NCBI GenBank assembly: GCA_016618085.1
Contig: JABLTG010000141.1
Span: 1 to 54,046 of the forward strand
Direction: 5' to 3'
Length of the DNA stretch: 54,046 bases
Source: Neovahlkampfia damariscottae
Lineage: Eukaryota
Both the position numbers and the translations under genes were made by a program. The notes under the pieces are model-generated. The model saw only the letters and a list, made by a program, of their open reading frames with translations, was not told the origin of the DNA and did no database searches. Below are positions 25,823 to 39,229 of the stretch, one piece after another. Position 1 is the first letter of the stretch, and the number at the start of each line of letters is the position of its first letter.

Positions 25823-25869
25823 ATTTTATCATTAAAAAATATTTTTTTTTGACAGTTGAAATAGTTTTT

Positions 25870-27211
25870 TTATTGACTTTGACAACCACCACCGCCACCT
25901 CCTCCTCTTGGATCTTCATCATATTCTTCATATTCTTCATGATGTGGTGATGAAACAGAAGGTTCAGAAAGTTCAACTTGCACATCATCTTTGTCAATTG
26001 TAAGATTATCTTTTTTTGGTAAAAGAGATTTTAATTTTGAAATATCACTTTTTGATAAATCTTCTGGAAATTCAATTTCAAAATTGACATATAAATTTCC
26101 TTTTGAAAATGGATCTCTGAAAGTTGGCATTCCTTCTCCTTCAACCATTTTAAATTGATATGGTTTGATAACTGCATCTTTTGGTGTATTGACAATAATT
26201 GAACGACCATCTAAATGTTTGAGAACAAATTGACAACCTGTCAAAGCTTCAACCAATGAAATTTTTTTTTTCATGTATAAATTTCTTCCATCTCTTTCAA
26301 ACAATTCATGTGGTTTTTCTTGAAGAACAAAAACAATATCACCTGGAATTATTCCTGGTTGTTCATCAGCTTCTCCTGAAAATGTGAATTTTTGATTTTC
26401 ACGCATTCCTTTGTCAATATAAATGTTTAAAACTTTCTAGAAAAAGAAAATTAGTTTTTTCATTTACTAAATTATTACTTCTTCTTGATAAATTTTTTTT
26501 CCTTTACAATCACCACATAAAAATTCTGGGTTAATTGTTTCACCTTGCCCTTTACAATCTTCACATGCAACTTGAACTTGTTGAACAAAACCAGGTCCAA
26601 CTCTTCTTAATTGTGTTTTTCTTCCAAGTCCTTTGCAAGAGTCACATTTCTTTACACCATCTTCTGAAGTAGATCCTGTACCAGAACAATTGAGACAATT
26701 TCTTGAACGTGTGATTTTAATTTTTCTTTCAGCTCCATTATATAATTCATCTAAAGATACTTTAAGTGCTCTTACTACATCTTTTCCTTTTCTTGGTCCA
26801 CGGTCTTCTTCTTCTTCTCCACCCATATTAAAAAAGTGTCTGAAAATATCAAATCCTTCTGAACCACCTGAAAAAGCACCACCTTGCTTCAATCCTTCTT
26901 CACCATGTTTATCATAAATTTTTTTTTTTTTTGCATCTTTTAAAACATCATGTGCTTCTCCAATTTCTTTAAATTTTTCTTCAGCTGTCAACATTGCTTC
27001 TTCTGATTCTCTATGTCTATCTTTTATAATTTAATAAAAAAAAATTTCAAACCCTTGTTTATAAAGTTAAATTTTTTTTTTTTTTTTTTACTGGATGCCA
27101 TTTCATGCATGATTTACGATAAGCTTTGGTAATTTCAGCTTCTGTAGCTGTTTTTTCAATACCCAAAATTGCGTAGAAATCTCTTCCTTTTGTTTCTTTT
27201 TTGTCGGACAT
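25870..27211 (-). CDS. DNAJA: Type I DnaJ/Hsp40 (DNAJA/Ydj1) with CaaX
   Basis: J domain with WHP|D, four CxxCxGxG-type repeats, C-terminal CQSQ. Confidence 0.95.
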
Positions 27212-27306
27212 GTTTTGATAATTGACGGAATTAGAAAGTCTAAAAAAAGAGGTTCAGGTCATATGATTGGTAGTTGGAAAATAAAAAATTCCGATGAAAA
27301 AAATGT

Positions 27307-28164
27307 TCAAAATTTTTGTTTTTTCTTTGAATTCATTTCATCTTCTCTTTTTCTTTTTTCTTGTTTAAAGGGTAAATTGTGTGAAATGTTGTTTGTTGAA
27401 TCAAAATCAATGTAAGAAACTTTACCAATTTTGTAAAGTGTGAAAATTTCTTTTTTCATGTATTCAAGTTGTTCTTTTGATACATCAAATAATTCATACC
27501 ATGCTGGTGATTCTGGTAATTTAATATTGAGCTCTAACGCTGCACAATAGATGGAAGAACATGCAATGGATTCAGCAGGAAATTCCAAAGGCAAAGTTGT
27601 TAAAATTGAATCATTCAAGAAATTCCATGATTTTTGAGCTAATTTTTGATCACCTCCTACAATATTTATATAAATCAAAATAAATTTGTGAGGACAATCA
27701 ACAGATAAAGAAAATGCAATTTTTTGTAAGATGTATTGTTCAGCGAATACAACTTTTTCTTTTAATTTCAAGATATCAAATTTTGCAAATGATTCAACAT
27801 TATCATTTTCTCTTTGTATTATTCTGTATACAACTGAAATGATTTCAAAAACTTTACGTAAATTTTCTTCGAGTTTTGAAGCTAAAAATATACAACCTAA
27901 ACATGCTAAAATGACATCAAATTCTTTCATGGATACTACCATATAAAATCTATGAAATAAAATTTGAGCTCTAACAATAACTGCTTGAGGTCTTTAAGAA
28001 TTTTAATATTTTAAATTTTATGTTTACAATCTTAAGAGCATAGAAGCTCTTTGTATCAATTGACAGCCATATATCCTCTGTTTTTTCTCTTCTTCAGATG
28101 AAATACCATTTTTTTTTGAAGGTGTTTCCAAAACCTCCTCATGAGTTAACAAAGGATAATTCAT
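27307..28164 (-). CDS. CCNL: Cyclin L-like (1 intron)
   Basis: TPSKKNGI, GCQLIQRASMLLRL|PQ, FHRFY, FLASKLEE, PHKFI, WNFLNDS. Confidence 0.88.
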
Positions 28165-28205
28165 TAAAAAAAAAGAAACCAATAAAAACAAAGAAAAATA
28201 AATGT

Positions 28206-30332
28206 TTAAAAGTTTTCTTTGTAAAATGCAAAATAAGGTCTTCCAAGTTTACTTTCTTTATGTGCTGCTGTTTTAATTTGTTTAGCTACAACAGGAGCAC
28301 CACAAAAGAATACACCAACTCTTGGCCTTTTTGATGCATCACCACCTTGCATTTCAGTAACTTGTTGTCTGACATTTTTAAATTCTTCTGACCAAATAGG
28401 ACGTCCAAAATGTCTTCCTTTACCTTCAACGAGACCTGTTGATTCATCTAAAACTGAAATATTCATACATGGAAAAAATCCTTCTTGTTGAGTAGTTTGA
28501 TTAATTCCTTTCCACCAACCACTTTAAAAATTAGTTGAATTTCAAAAAAAAACAAACCTTGAATCTTTTTCAGTCACAATAACTGATTCACCATATAATA
28601 AATCAATTTCATCTGAACTTTGAGCTTCATAATTTGATACAACTGAACCAACAACTTGTACATTCTTTTTTGATAATTAATTTTTTTTTTTTTTTTTTTA
28701 CTTGTGTTTTGTTTGAATACTCTGAACTTTGGAAAAATATTTTTTTAATTTTTTCAGCTTCTAATGCACCTAAATTATAAAATATTAAGAAAAATTGAAA
28801 GAATTGATTTTTACCAGTTAAAAATGTATGAAATTCAAAAAAATCTGGATGTACAGTTTCAGCTTCTGCTAAGAAATCAGAAAACCAAGCAAATGATCCA
28901 GTATCTCTATTAATCCAATAAAAAAATACTTTTTTAAGTTTCATTTTTGCCATTGTATCTTTTCTGTGTTTAATTTGACGAAGAAGTGAAGCATATGGAG
29001 TAACACCGATACCTGCTGCACATAACATAATATATTCATAATCAAAAACATAATCTAAACTTTTTTCAATTTTTAATTTTTGATTTACCTGCTGATGTTC
29101 CAAATGGTCCATCAACTCTTAATAATCTGGTTTTTCCATCAGGACCATAAGGTTTATCGATAGTTAAAGTTTCTTTTCTACCAGGATTGACTATGATTAA
29201 AATAATTAAAAACGCGAAAATTCAAGTTACAAGTGTCCATTAAAGCACGTGTCCAATCTCCAACAACACGAATATGAAATGTTAAATATTCTTGATCAGG
29301 TGAACTTGAAATAGTCTAAAGAAAAGTTATTGTCTAAAAATCTTACAAAAGGATGCCATTCTTGTCTTGAAATTAAAGGAGCATTAAGAAAACAGTATTG
29401 TCCTGCTTTATAAATAAAAGTCGGTTTTTCTAATTCTAAGAAAAGTACATCACCTTTTAATGCATGAACTCTTTTTACAATGGTTGGTGTTGATCCTCTC
29501 ACTAATCTAAATGTTCTTTCAAGAATGTACAAAAATCCAGCAGGAAGAAACCAGAGCCAAAATGCTTTTCCATGAATTAAAAGTAATGTATAAAAAATAA
29601 CAAATAAATGATGAAGAAACCAAAATACAGTGAAGTTGCTTTTGAAAAAATTAATTTTTTTTTTTTTTTTACTTTGATCTTCTGTATTCTTTCATAGAAG
29701 ATGCAAACATGATTATCATAACAATAGTAATTAAGTGTCCTGTAATTCCATACTTATTCAAGAACATTGCGTACCAAGAAATATAAAAAATATTTCCTGG
29801 TTGTCTATTTGCTTCAATTGGATCATAAATCCAAGCACAACATGAGTAAGACATATAATGACCAAATCTAAAATTGTTAAAAAAGCTGTCATTTTAGTTA
29901 CGCATGTAAAGAAACAGAAATACCAATCATAAAAGCACAAAAACGATGAAAAGCAATATTCTTATCCAAAGGAATGACATAATTGAATTTTAATGATATT
30001 AACCTTTATCAAGATTTAATGAAAAATAAAAATAAATTTACATGTTCAGAACTGTTCTCATTGTTGGGTACAGTATAATTGAACCTTTGAAAAAAAAATT
30101 AACTTTTTTTTTTTTTGAATTTACAATTGAAATTTAACCACATAGCACCAACTCTTGCTGGAATAACCCACCAGTCGTTAGCCATTCTTGAAATTTCCCA
30201 GTATTGAATAATACGAAAAATCAAAAGTCCAATCATAATTATTGTATAAATTGTCATGAAAAGGATTCTCTGCCATTGTGTTTGAAGATAGTTTTTTCTT
30301 TCATCAGCATCAAAGATACGTCTTTTCCACAT
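28206..30332 (-). CDS. NOX: NADPH oxidase (gp91phox/NOX-like) with inserted SH3 domain; possible upstream exon from 30439
   Basis: DKNIAFHR, FWFLHHLF, AGQYCFL, EWHPF, VGDWT, DGPFG, AGIGVTP, FGRP, GVFFCG, FYKENF; about 9 introns. Confidence 0.93.
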
Positions 30333-30773
30333 TCCAAATGTTTGTCTTGCAGTGGTTAATTTTGGGTATTGTCATACCTGAAGGAAATAATCGGTGATTT
30401 TATCAACCCTTGAAAGTATTTACAAATGCTAGAGTGCATGATTCTCACGCAAATATTTTTTTCCAAACCCATTTTGACCGCACAGCAACAACACTTGACA
30501 CAGATTTGATTGGCCGAAAAAAATTATGCTCTAATATGATTAGTCCTGAGATTTTTGCTACGTCATTTTGAAGCAAACATTAATATCGAACAATACTTCT
30601 TTTGTTTCGGAAAATTATTTGCCCAATCATTTTTTAAATGAAAAATCCATAAGATTGTTGTACTTTTTCAGTTTAAAATCAAAAATAGAATACTATGAAA
30701 AAAGTCTTTCAAAAAGTTGATAAATTGTGGGAAAGAATTTAATTGGGTAATTTCAACCAACCACACAATACAA

Positions 30774-33700
30774 ATGTCTTCAGGAAGAATAGTTCGTCTC
30801 GAGGTAAACAACTTCAAATCATACTCTGGAAAACAAATAATCGGTCCTTTTACTCAATTTTCATGTATAATTGGGCCTAATGGAAGTGGTAAGTACTTAG
30901 ATTGACTTATATTCAGGAAAATCCAACTCCATGGACGCAATTTCATTCGTTATGGGTCTAAGAGCTTCATATTTGAGAAGTTCCAACTTATCACAATTAA
31001 TTTATCATAACGAAAAAGGAACTCAACCAAAATCCGCTTACGTTGAAGTAACGAAAGAATCAAAAAAAATTTAATTTTATTTTTCAGCTTGTATTTGAAA
31101 CAGCAGAAGAAGATGAAATTCACTTCAAAAGAACTGTTAACTCAAATGGAACAAGTGAATATTTCATTGATGACAAAAACGTCAACGCTTCAAGTTATGA
31201 TGAAAAACTCGCAAGTTTTGGAATTCTCACAAAAGCAAGAAACTTTTTAGTGTTTCAAGTACATTTATTTTTTTTAACAAATCATTTTCTAGGGTGATGT
31301 TGAATCTATTGCTGCTAAATCACCTGCTGACCTCACAAAGTTAATTGAACAAGTTTCAGGTTCAGATGCTTATATCAAAGAATATGAAAGACTTAGAGAA
31401 GAAAAAGAAAAAGCATCAGAAATTGTTATTACAAATGTAAATAAAAAAAAAGGAATTACAATTGAAAAAAAAAATGTAAAAAACCAAAAGAAAGATGCTG
31501 AAAGATTTCAACAATTAAAAGAAGAACATGAAAATTTACAAATTACTTATGTTTTATGGAGGTTATACTATATTGAAAAAGGAATTAAAGACAATCTCTT
31601 TGATCATGATGAAGCAGAACAAGAACTAAAAAAATTACAAAAATCATTAAAAACTGCTGAAACTGAACTCAAAGAAAAAAAGAAAATTTTGTCTGGAATT
31701 AAAAGAGAAAATCTTGAAATTGCAAAAAAAATGAAAACTCAATCAAAAAAGTTACAAGATGAACACGGTATTGAATCTGAAAAAAATGTTTCAACTGAAC
31801 ATGTTAAAAAATTAATTGACAATCAAAAAAAAGATTTAAAATCAAAAGAAGAAGCTCTTAAAGAACATGATGAACAAATTAAAAAATTAAAGAAACAATT
31901 ATCACAAGTTGAAAAGGATTCTTCTGATTATGAAAAACAATTAAATGCTTCAAAAAAGAAAGAAATTAAGTTGGGTGATTCACAAGTTGAAGAGTACAAT
32001 CGTCTTAAAGCTCAAGCAGGAACAGAAACTATTACAACTTCTCAACAATTAGAAACTGTCAATGAAGAAATAGAATCAGCAACATCAAATCAAAGAATAA
32101 TGTTACAAAAAGTTGAACAAATGGAAAATAGAAAAATTCAATTACAAGCTGCCATTAAAGGTCAAAATTCAAGATTAGAAAAATTAAATGACATTGTTTC
32201 AACAACTGAAAATGATTTGAATGATAAAAAAACTCAAAAAAGAACTTTAGATAGAGAAATTGAAACAAAAACAAAAAGAAAAGAAAAAATTGAAAATGAA
32301 TTGTTTACAATCAAAGAAAAGTTACAAGATGCAAAATTTGAAAAAAAAGAATCAGAAAGACAAATCAGATTTAATGAATCAATTGAAAGTATGAAAAGAT
32401 TGTTTACTGGTGTCAAAGGAAAGATGATTGATTTATTGAAAGTTTCACGTGATAAATACAATTTAGCTGTTGCTGTTGCTTTAGGAAAGAACAATAATGC
32501 AATTGTGGTAGATTCAGAAAAAACTGCTATTGAATGTATTCAATATTTGAAAGAACAAAGAGTTGGAAATTCAACTTTCATTCCTTTGGATACCATTGAA
32601 ACAAAAAAGATCAATGATAAATATCGTACTCTTGGAGATAATATCAAACTTGTTATTGATGTCATTTCATTTGAAACAGAATATACTCCTGCTTTTTCAT
32701 ATGCTTTAGGAAACACAGTTGTTTGTGATTCAATTGAAGAAGCAACTGATCTTTGTTATGAAAGACAAGGAAGTGACAGAATTAAAGCTGTAACAATTGA
32801 TGGAACTGTTATTTCAAAAGCTGGTTTAATTACAGGGGGAAGAGCTGAAGCTGAAAAATCAATGTCACAATCACAAAGAATTGATGTGACTTCATTAAAA
32901 CAAAAACGTGATGATTTTATTGTTGAATTACAAGAAATCACAAGAGATGAAACTTTATATTCAACTACTGTCTCTAAATTAACAAATGAAATCACTTCAC
33001 TTGAAAATCGTATTAAATATACAAATGTTGATGTTTCATTCACTAAAAAGAAATTAGAACAATCACAACAAGAATTTGAAACAATTGAAAAAGAATTAAA
33101 AGAAATCAAACCAAATTTAGAAAAAGTTAAAAAGACATTGGAAGATTTACATGACAAAGCATCTACATTTGATGAAGAAATTAAAAAAGTTGAAGAAAAA
33201 ATTTTTGCAAAATTTAGTAAAGAAGTAGGAGTTGATAACATCAGAGAATATGAAGAAAATAAACTTAAAACACAAAAAGAAGCAATTCAAAAGAAATCTG
33301 AATTCAAAATTTTGATATCAAGAATTGAAAATAAATTAGAATATGAAAATGAAAGGGATCTTAAAAAACCAGTTGATGACTTAAGAAAATCAGTGACTGA
33401 AAATGAAAAACAATTAGTTTCTTTAGAAAAAGAAAATAAAAAAATTTCAACTTCAATAAAAAAAATTGAAGATGAAATTAAGAAATTAAAACAAGAAACA
33501 AAAGATTCAAAAACAAAATTAAAAGATCAAGAATCTTCTATTGCTGTTGTTACTAATACTATTGATGATGTAAACAAAAATATTCAAAAAACTACAAGAA
33601 CAATGACCACAAAGGACAATCAAATTGATCAATTGAGAAATCGTCGTCAAGACATTTACAGAAAATGTCAAGTAGAAGAAATTGATTTACCAAGAGGAGA

Positions 33701-34586
33701 AAAAAGAAAAAAGAAGAAAAAAGATTCAATGGAAGATGAAGATTATATTTCATTGAGTGAACCATTTTCTGTGTCAACACAAGAAGAATCTCAAAGTGGA
33801 TCAAAAAGAACAAGAGAAGAATTTGAAGAAATCACTTTAGATTTTTCAGATTTAGATAAAGAAACACTTAATAAAGATGGAAAAGAATATGACTCATTAG
33901 AAATTGATTTCAAAAAGAGATTAACTGAAATTACAAATGAAATCACAAAATTAGCTCCAACTTTGGCTTCTATGCAAAAATTAAAAACTGTTGATCAAAA
34001 ATTGAATGAAACTGAAGAATCAGTCAAAGAAGCAAAAGATTCATCAAGAGAAGCAAATAAAAAATTTGAAGATATTAAAAAAAAAAGATATGATGCATTC
34101 ATGAGTGCATTTGAACCAATATCAAATTCAATTGATAATATTTACAAAGATTTAACAAAGAATTCAGAATCAGTTGGAGGAACAGCTTATCTTGCTGTTG
34201 AAGATATTGAAGAACCTTATAATTCTGGTATCAAATTCAATGCAATGCCACCTTCAAAAAGATTTCGTGACATGGAAGAATTAAGTGGTGGTGAAAAAAC
34301 AGTTGCTGCTTTAGCTTTATTATTTGCAATTAATAAATTCAAACCATCACCATTTTTTATTTTAGATGAAGTTGATGCTGCATTAGATAATGTGAATGTT
34401 GGTAAAGTTGCAAATTATATTCTCCAACATCACAAAACAATGCAATTCTTAGTTATCAGTTTGAAAGATTCATTCTTTACAAAAGCAGAGACTTTGGTTG
34501 GTATTTTTAAAGACCAAAAGAAAAAATGCTCAAATACATTAACTATGGATTTGAGAAAATTTGACACCGAAATTGAAGAAGAATAA
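30774..34586 (+). CDS. SMC1: Cohesin subunit SMC1
   Basis: [27 protein letters not shown], hinge region, [28 protein letters not shown]. Confidence 0.97.
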
Positions 34587-34624
34587 AGAAATTTGTTATC
34601 CAATCAAAACTGTCTTTGTTAAAG

Positions 34625-36393
34625 ATGAGTGAAGAAAAGAAAGAACAAAAAAATTTTAATTTCTTTAACGTAAATGTTGGAATTTTAGGTCATGTGGATT
34701 CTGGAAAAACAACATTATCAAAGTAAAAAAAAATTGAAAAATTAATTCTCCAATGTTAAGAGCATTATCCACTTTGGCTTCAACAAACGCATTTGATAAA
34801 AGTCCACAGTCTAAAGATAGAGGTATAACACTAGATTTAGGTTTTTCTGCTTTTGTTATTGAAGCACCTGAAAAATTAAAACAAAAAGGTTTTGACATGG
34901 TTGAGTTTTGTCTTGTTGATTGTCCAGGTAAAAATTTTTTTTTGAAAAAAATTAAATCAAAAAGGACATGCAAGCTTAATAAAAACTATTATTGGAGGTT
35001 CACAAATCATTGACTTTATGGTTTTAGTCATTGATGCAACCAAAGGAATACAAACACAAACTGCAGAAGTAAAAAAAGAAAAAAAGTTTAAAAATGTAGT
35101 GTATTGTTATTGGAGAAATTACATCTGAACATTTGATTGTAGTTTTAAATAAAATTGATCAAATTGATGAAGAAAAAAGAGATGCAAAAATTGACAAATT
35201 AAAAACAAGTTTAATGAAGACTGTATTCTCTAAAACAAAATTCAAAAATGTTTCAATGATACCTGTTTCAGTGAATCCAAAATTATCAAAACCAATCGGA
35301 GTTGATTTGTTAATGAAAGAATTTGAAAAATATATCCCTGACAACAAGTCATCAGAAGAAGGAAAAGTAAAACTATTTGAATTATTAATCATTAAGGATT
35401 TGTTAATTGCAGTAGATCATTGTTTTCAAATCAAAGGAAAGGGAACTATTCTAACAGGAACTATTTTGAGTGGAATTTTAAAGGTTAATCAAGATATTGA
35501 AATTCCATCAATTTCAGAAAAGAAAAAAGTTAAATCTATTCAAATGTTTAAAAATCCTGTAAAATCAGCTCAAAAAGGTGACAGAATTGGTTTTTCTGTT
35601 GCAAATTTAGATTCAAGTAAATTTGAAAGGTAAATTAAGCAAACAATAATAATTCAAATTTACAGAGGATATATTTGTGATGTTGGTAGAATACCAATAG
35701 TTCAAAAATTTATTGCAAGAGTTGAAAAAATTCGATATTTCAAAGGAAAAATTGAAAACAAAACAAAATTTCATAGTACCATTTTTGCATTTATTTAATC
35801 ATTTTTCAGTCACTATAGGACATTCAACAACTATGGGAGTTGTTAAATTCTTTGAATCGAATGAAAAATTATCATCATTGGATGATCCACTTGATGAATC
35901 AAAAACAGAATTTTTTTTTAAAAAAGAATTGAGTTCAAAAAAAGAATCTGAAGGAAAAGTACAATATTGTTTAATTGAATTAGAATCATCTATACCAATA
36001 CCATTACATTCTAAATTCATTGCTTCCAAATTGGATACAGACATCACTTTAAACGCGTGTCGTTTAGCATTTCATGGTGTTGTTCTACCATTAAAGGATT
36101 TCTCAAAAATAAGAGTTTTCAAAACGAAAGAAAGAGAAGCATTGGTTGATAGAATTGTAGATTCAAGAAATATCATCGGAAAAAATTTGATCAAAAAAGG
36201 TCAAGATATCTCAAAATATATTGGTCTAAATATTGAAACTGAAGATGGTATCATTGGTCGAATTGAATCATCATTTGGTTCAAGTGGTAAATTTAAAGTT
36301 GGATTTTCAGAAGATATTCCAAAAAATTTAAAAAATTTGAAATTGAAATATAAAATCAATATTTTTGATGATGAAAGAAAATGGTATCAATAA
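34625..36393 (+). CDS. EEFSEC: Selenocysteine-specific elongation factor eEFSec (multi-intron)
   Basis: GHVDSGKT, AFDKSPQSKDRGITLDLGFS, DCPGHASLIKTIIGG, IQTQTAEC, VDHCFQIKG, CRLAFHG, FGSSGKFK. Confidence 0.93.
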
Positions 36394-36508
36394 AAGTTTT
36401 TTTTTCCAAGACAGCACAAAATTCTTTGTTAAGAACAGAAATTGAAAGCACAAACACAAAAATTTCTCAAAGCAAATTCAGAACAGACTCTCATCTCTGA
36501 GTAATACT

Positions 36509-36574
36509 TTAAATTTAACACTAAAAAGTTGAGGACTACTCAGGACAGGAATTAAATTCAACACTAAAAAGTTG
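36509..36574. repeat. 23-bp direct repeat pair
   Basis: TTAAATTyAACACTAAAAAGTTG at 36509-36531 and 36552-36574, 1 mismatch, 20-nt spacer. Confidence 0.8.
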
Positions 36575-36598
36575 TTTCATTTTTTGGGAATAAATAAT

Positions 36599-39090
36599 TT
36601 AATTTGGGATGTATGTTGTCATGAAAATCTTTTCTAATGAATTTTTTGCAACCAATGCTAACTTTCCTCTTTGTATCATTGATTTTCCTTTGATCATAAT
36701 TCCTTGATTTCCAACTGCTAAAATTGAAATCCAATTTGGATTGGATATATATGGTTTCACTCTCTTTCGAAATCCTTGAGCAGAAGATGAATTCTCTAAA
36801 TGAATAATGTTATTTGCAACTATTTCACCATGAGCATGACTATAAAAACAAACTTTTTCTTCATCATTTGCTAAAATATCACCCACAGCAAAAATATTCA
36901 TGTAAGAATCTTTTTCAATCATAAAATCTAAAGTGGATAGTCTCATTGAATTCTTTTTACTCATTGATTGATTCATTGGTGACATTAATGGTGATAATGG
37001 TGATTCGATTGAATTAACTTCAAGACTTTTCATCAACATTTCATCAATATCTTTAATATCTTCAATTTCATCATCCGTATCATCCATTGGAACTGTCAAA
37101 AGATCATTGGATGAATAACTTGAATTTTCAGTTGATTTTTCTTCTTCCATTTTATTGATCATTTCATTTCGATCTTCATCTAATTGTTTTTTTGTTGTTT
37201 TGACCAATTCACGTGTGGATAACTGATTTTGATTAAATTTAACTTGAAAATAATCATTCACAATGACATAACCTCTATCTGATAATGAATCTGACATGTA
37301 GGATCTTAATAAACTAGTATTTGGTCTAAAACCAACACAAACAATGATTGCCTCTGTCACAATGAAAGTTTCATCAATAGATGAGTTTTTAGTTTTGTAT
37401 TTATAGTAAACCTTATCTCCGTCTACTTTTGAAACATATCTATTGAAACATATTTCAACATTCTTGTAGGAATTCAAAATTTTATATGCTGCTTTTTGAA
37501 CACTTGGAGGACTTCTTTCCAACAAAACATGAGAATTTGTTATTAAAGTGATCTTTGTATTGCTCAAATTCATTGCTAATTCACCAGCACATTCGACGCC
37601 AACTGGACCTCCTCCAACTGTTGAATTGTTAGAAAGAATTTTTTAACCTACCAATGACAATAGTTTTTGAATGGGTAATGTCATAATGAGCACTAAGTAT
37701 TGATTTGCTTGAATATGGTGTTACTATAGACGCTTGTTTCTTTCTCTTTATTTGATTGAAAATTCTATCGTCTCTGTTGAGAATATTAGATTGATGTTCG
37801 ACAATTTCAAAAGGAACTGAATAAGAACACCCAGTGGCAACGATTAAATAATCATAAGTTACTACCTCTTGTTCTAAATAGACACCAAATGCAGAAATAT
37901 GATCCACTGTTGATTGAATAAATTTACATCTTTCGACTACTTTTGTCATTGGGCATTCATACTTTGATAGTAATTGTGGTGAAGTCAGTAATTTATAAAA
38001 TGACCTTAAAATACTTAAATAGGTTAACAATTCTTACATATTATACTCCACAGAGGATTTTTTATCAATTACAGTGACATCAAAATCATCTCTTAAAATT
38101 TTGGCAGAGAACATTCCACTGTATCCAGAGCCTGAATAGAAAAATTAAAATACTCTTGTTTTAGTTACCCACAATAACAACTCTCTTTTTGAAATTGAAA
38201 AAATAAGTTTCTTTTAATAGGAATTGCTTGATTTTTGATGTTGAAGGTGAAATCAATTTTTTTTTCATTAATAAATTAAAAAAATCAACGATAGGTGGTT
38301 CATCTTCATTATTAATATGTATTTTTACCCATTCAATCGCTTCTTCTCCCAAAAATTCTTTTCTTTTCTTCTTTCCCAAAATAGAATTTTTCTTTTGCAC
38401 AGAAACAACACCATTAATTGGATTTGACATTTCTGACAATAATTCATGTAAAAAGAACTTCAATTCATTTCCCTTTTTCAAGTTTGGAAAAATACTTTCA
38501 AAATCTTTGTCCTCAATGTCGTAAAGAAAATTTGTGATTTTTACAGTTTCTTGGATTTTACAAAAAGAATTTGATTTTCTTTCAAATTTTCGATATGCAT
38601 TCATATTTAACTCTTGTTCAAGTTCCTCATTTGATTTTAAGTATTTCTTTGAAAATTCTTCTTCTCCCAACAGATGATATTCATTCTTCATGAACTTTTG
38701 AAATTTAGCAATTTTGATAAATCTTGGGAATATATCAAATCTAAGATCATCAAGCATTACACTTTCAGCACTTTTGAATAAATCATCTGAAACAGAATTG
38801 TCTTTTTTTAAGGAAGTATCCAAATTGGAGATTATATCTTTTCTGACTTTCACAGAAATGTTTATCTCTTTTTCTGAGTTTTCTTTTATAAATAAGGTGA
38901 TGATTTCTTCTGCTTTGTTTATTTTGTTTATGGATGACTTGAGTCTTTTGAATTCATCTACTTGTTGAAGAAAGGAGGAGATTTCAGAAACTTTGGTGTC
39001 TGAAAGATGTTCATTTAATATTTGATTTGTGAGATGGGCATCATAAATTTTGTGAAATGAGTACTGAGAGTCTTTAACTTCTTCAAACAT
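36599..39090 (-). CDS. RGS-DEP-FAD/NADH oxidoreductase (AIFM2/FSP1-like) fusion (3 introns)
   Basis: RGS (FLQQVDEFK...EINIS...DIFPRF), DEP (EFLGEEAIEWV), then VVIVG|SGYSG, YDYLIVATG, GGGPVGVE, GFRPNT, IFAVGD. Confidence 0.85.
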
Positions 39091-39229
39091 TAATATATTC
39101 TGATTGGACAAAAATGAACCCAATAAAAAAAGCATCCCCAAGACTAGAAGAATAAAGCAAGAAGGACAAAAATCCACTGACTAATTATAAAAGGAAAAAA
39201 GGTCCTTGTCTTTGCAATGCAAAAGTAAA

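Noticed and set aside
36509..36574. CRISPR-like array
   Set aside because: Only two repeat units, eukaryotic context, no cas genes.
25221..39090. Erv, NOX, eEFSec and FSP1-like genes as a functional redox cluster
   Set aside because: Interspersed with DnaJ, cyclin L and SMC1; proximity is likely chance without synteny data.
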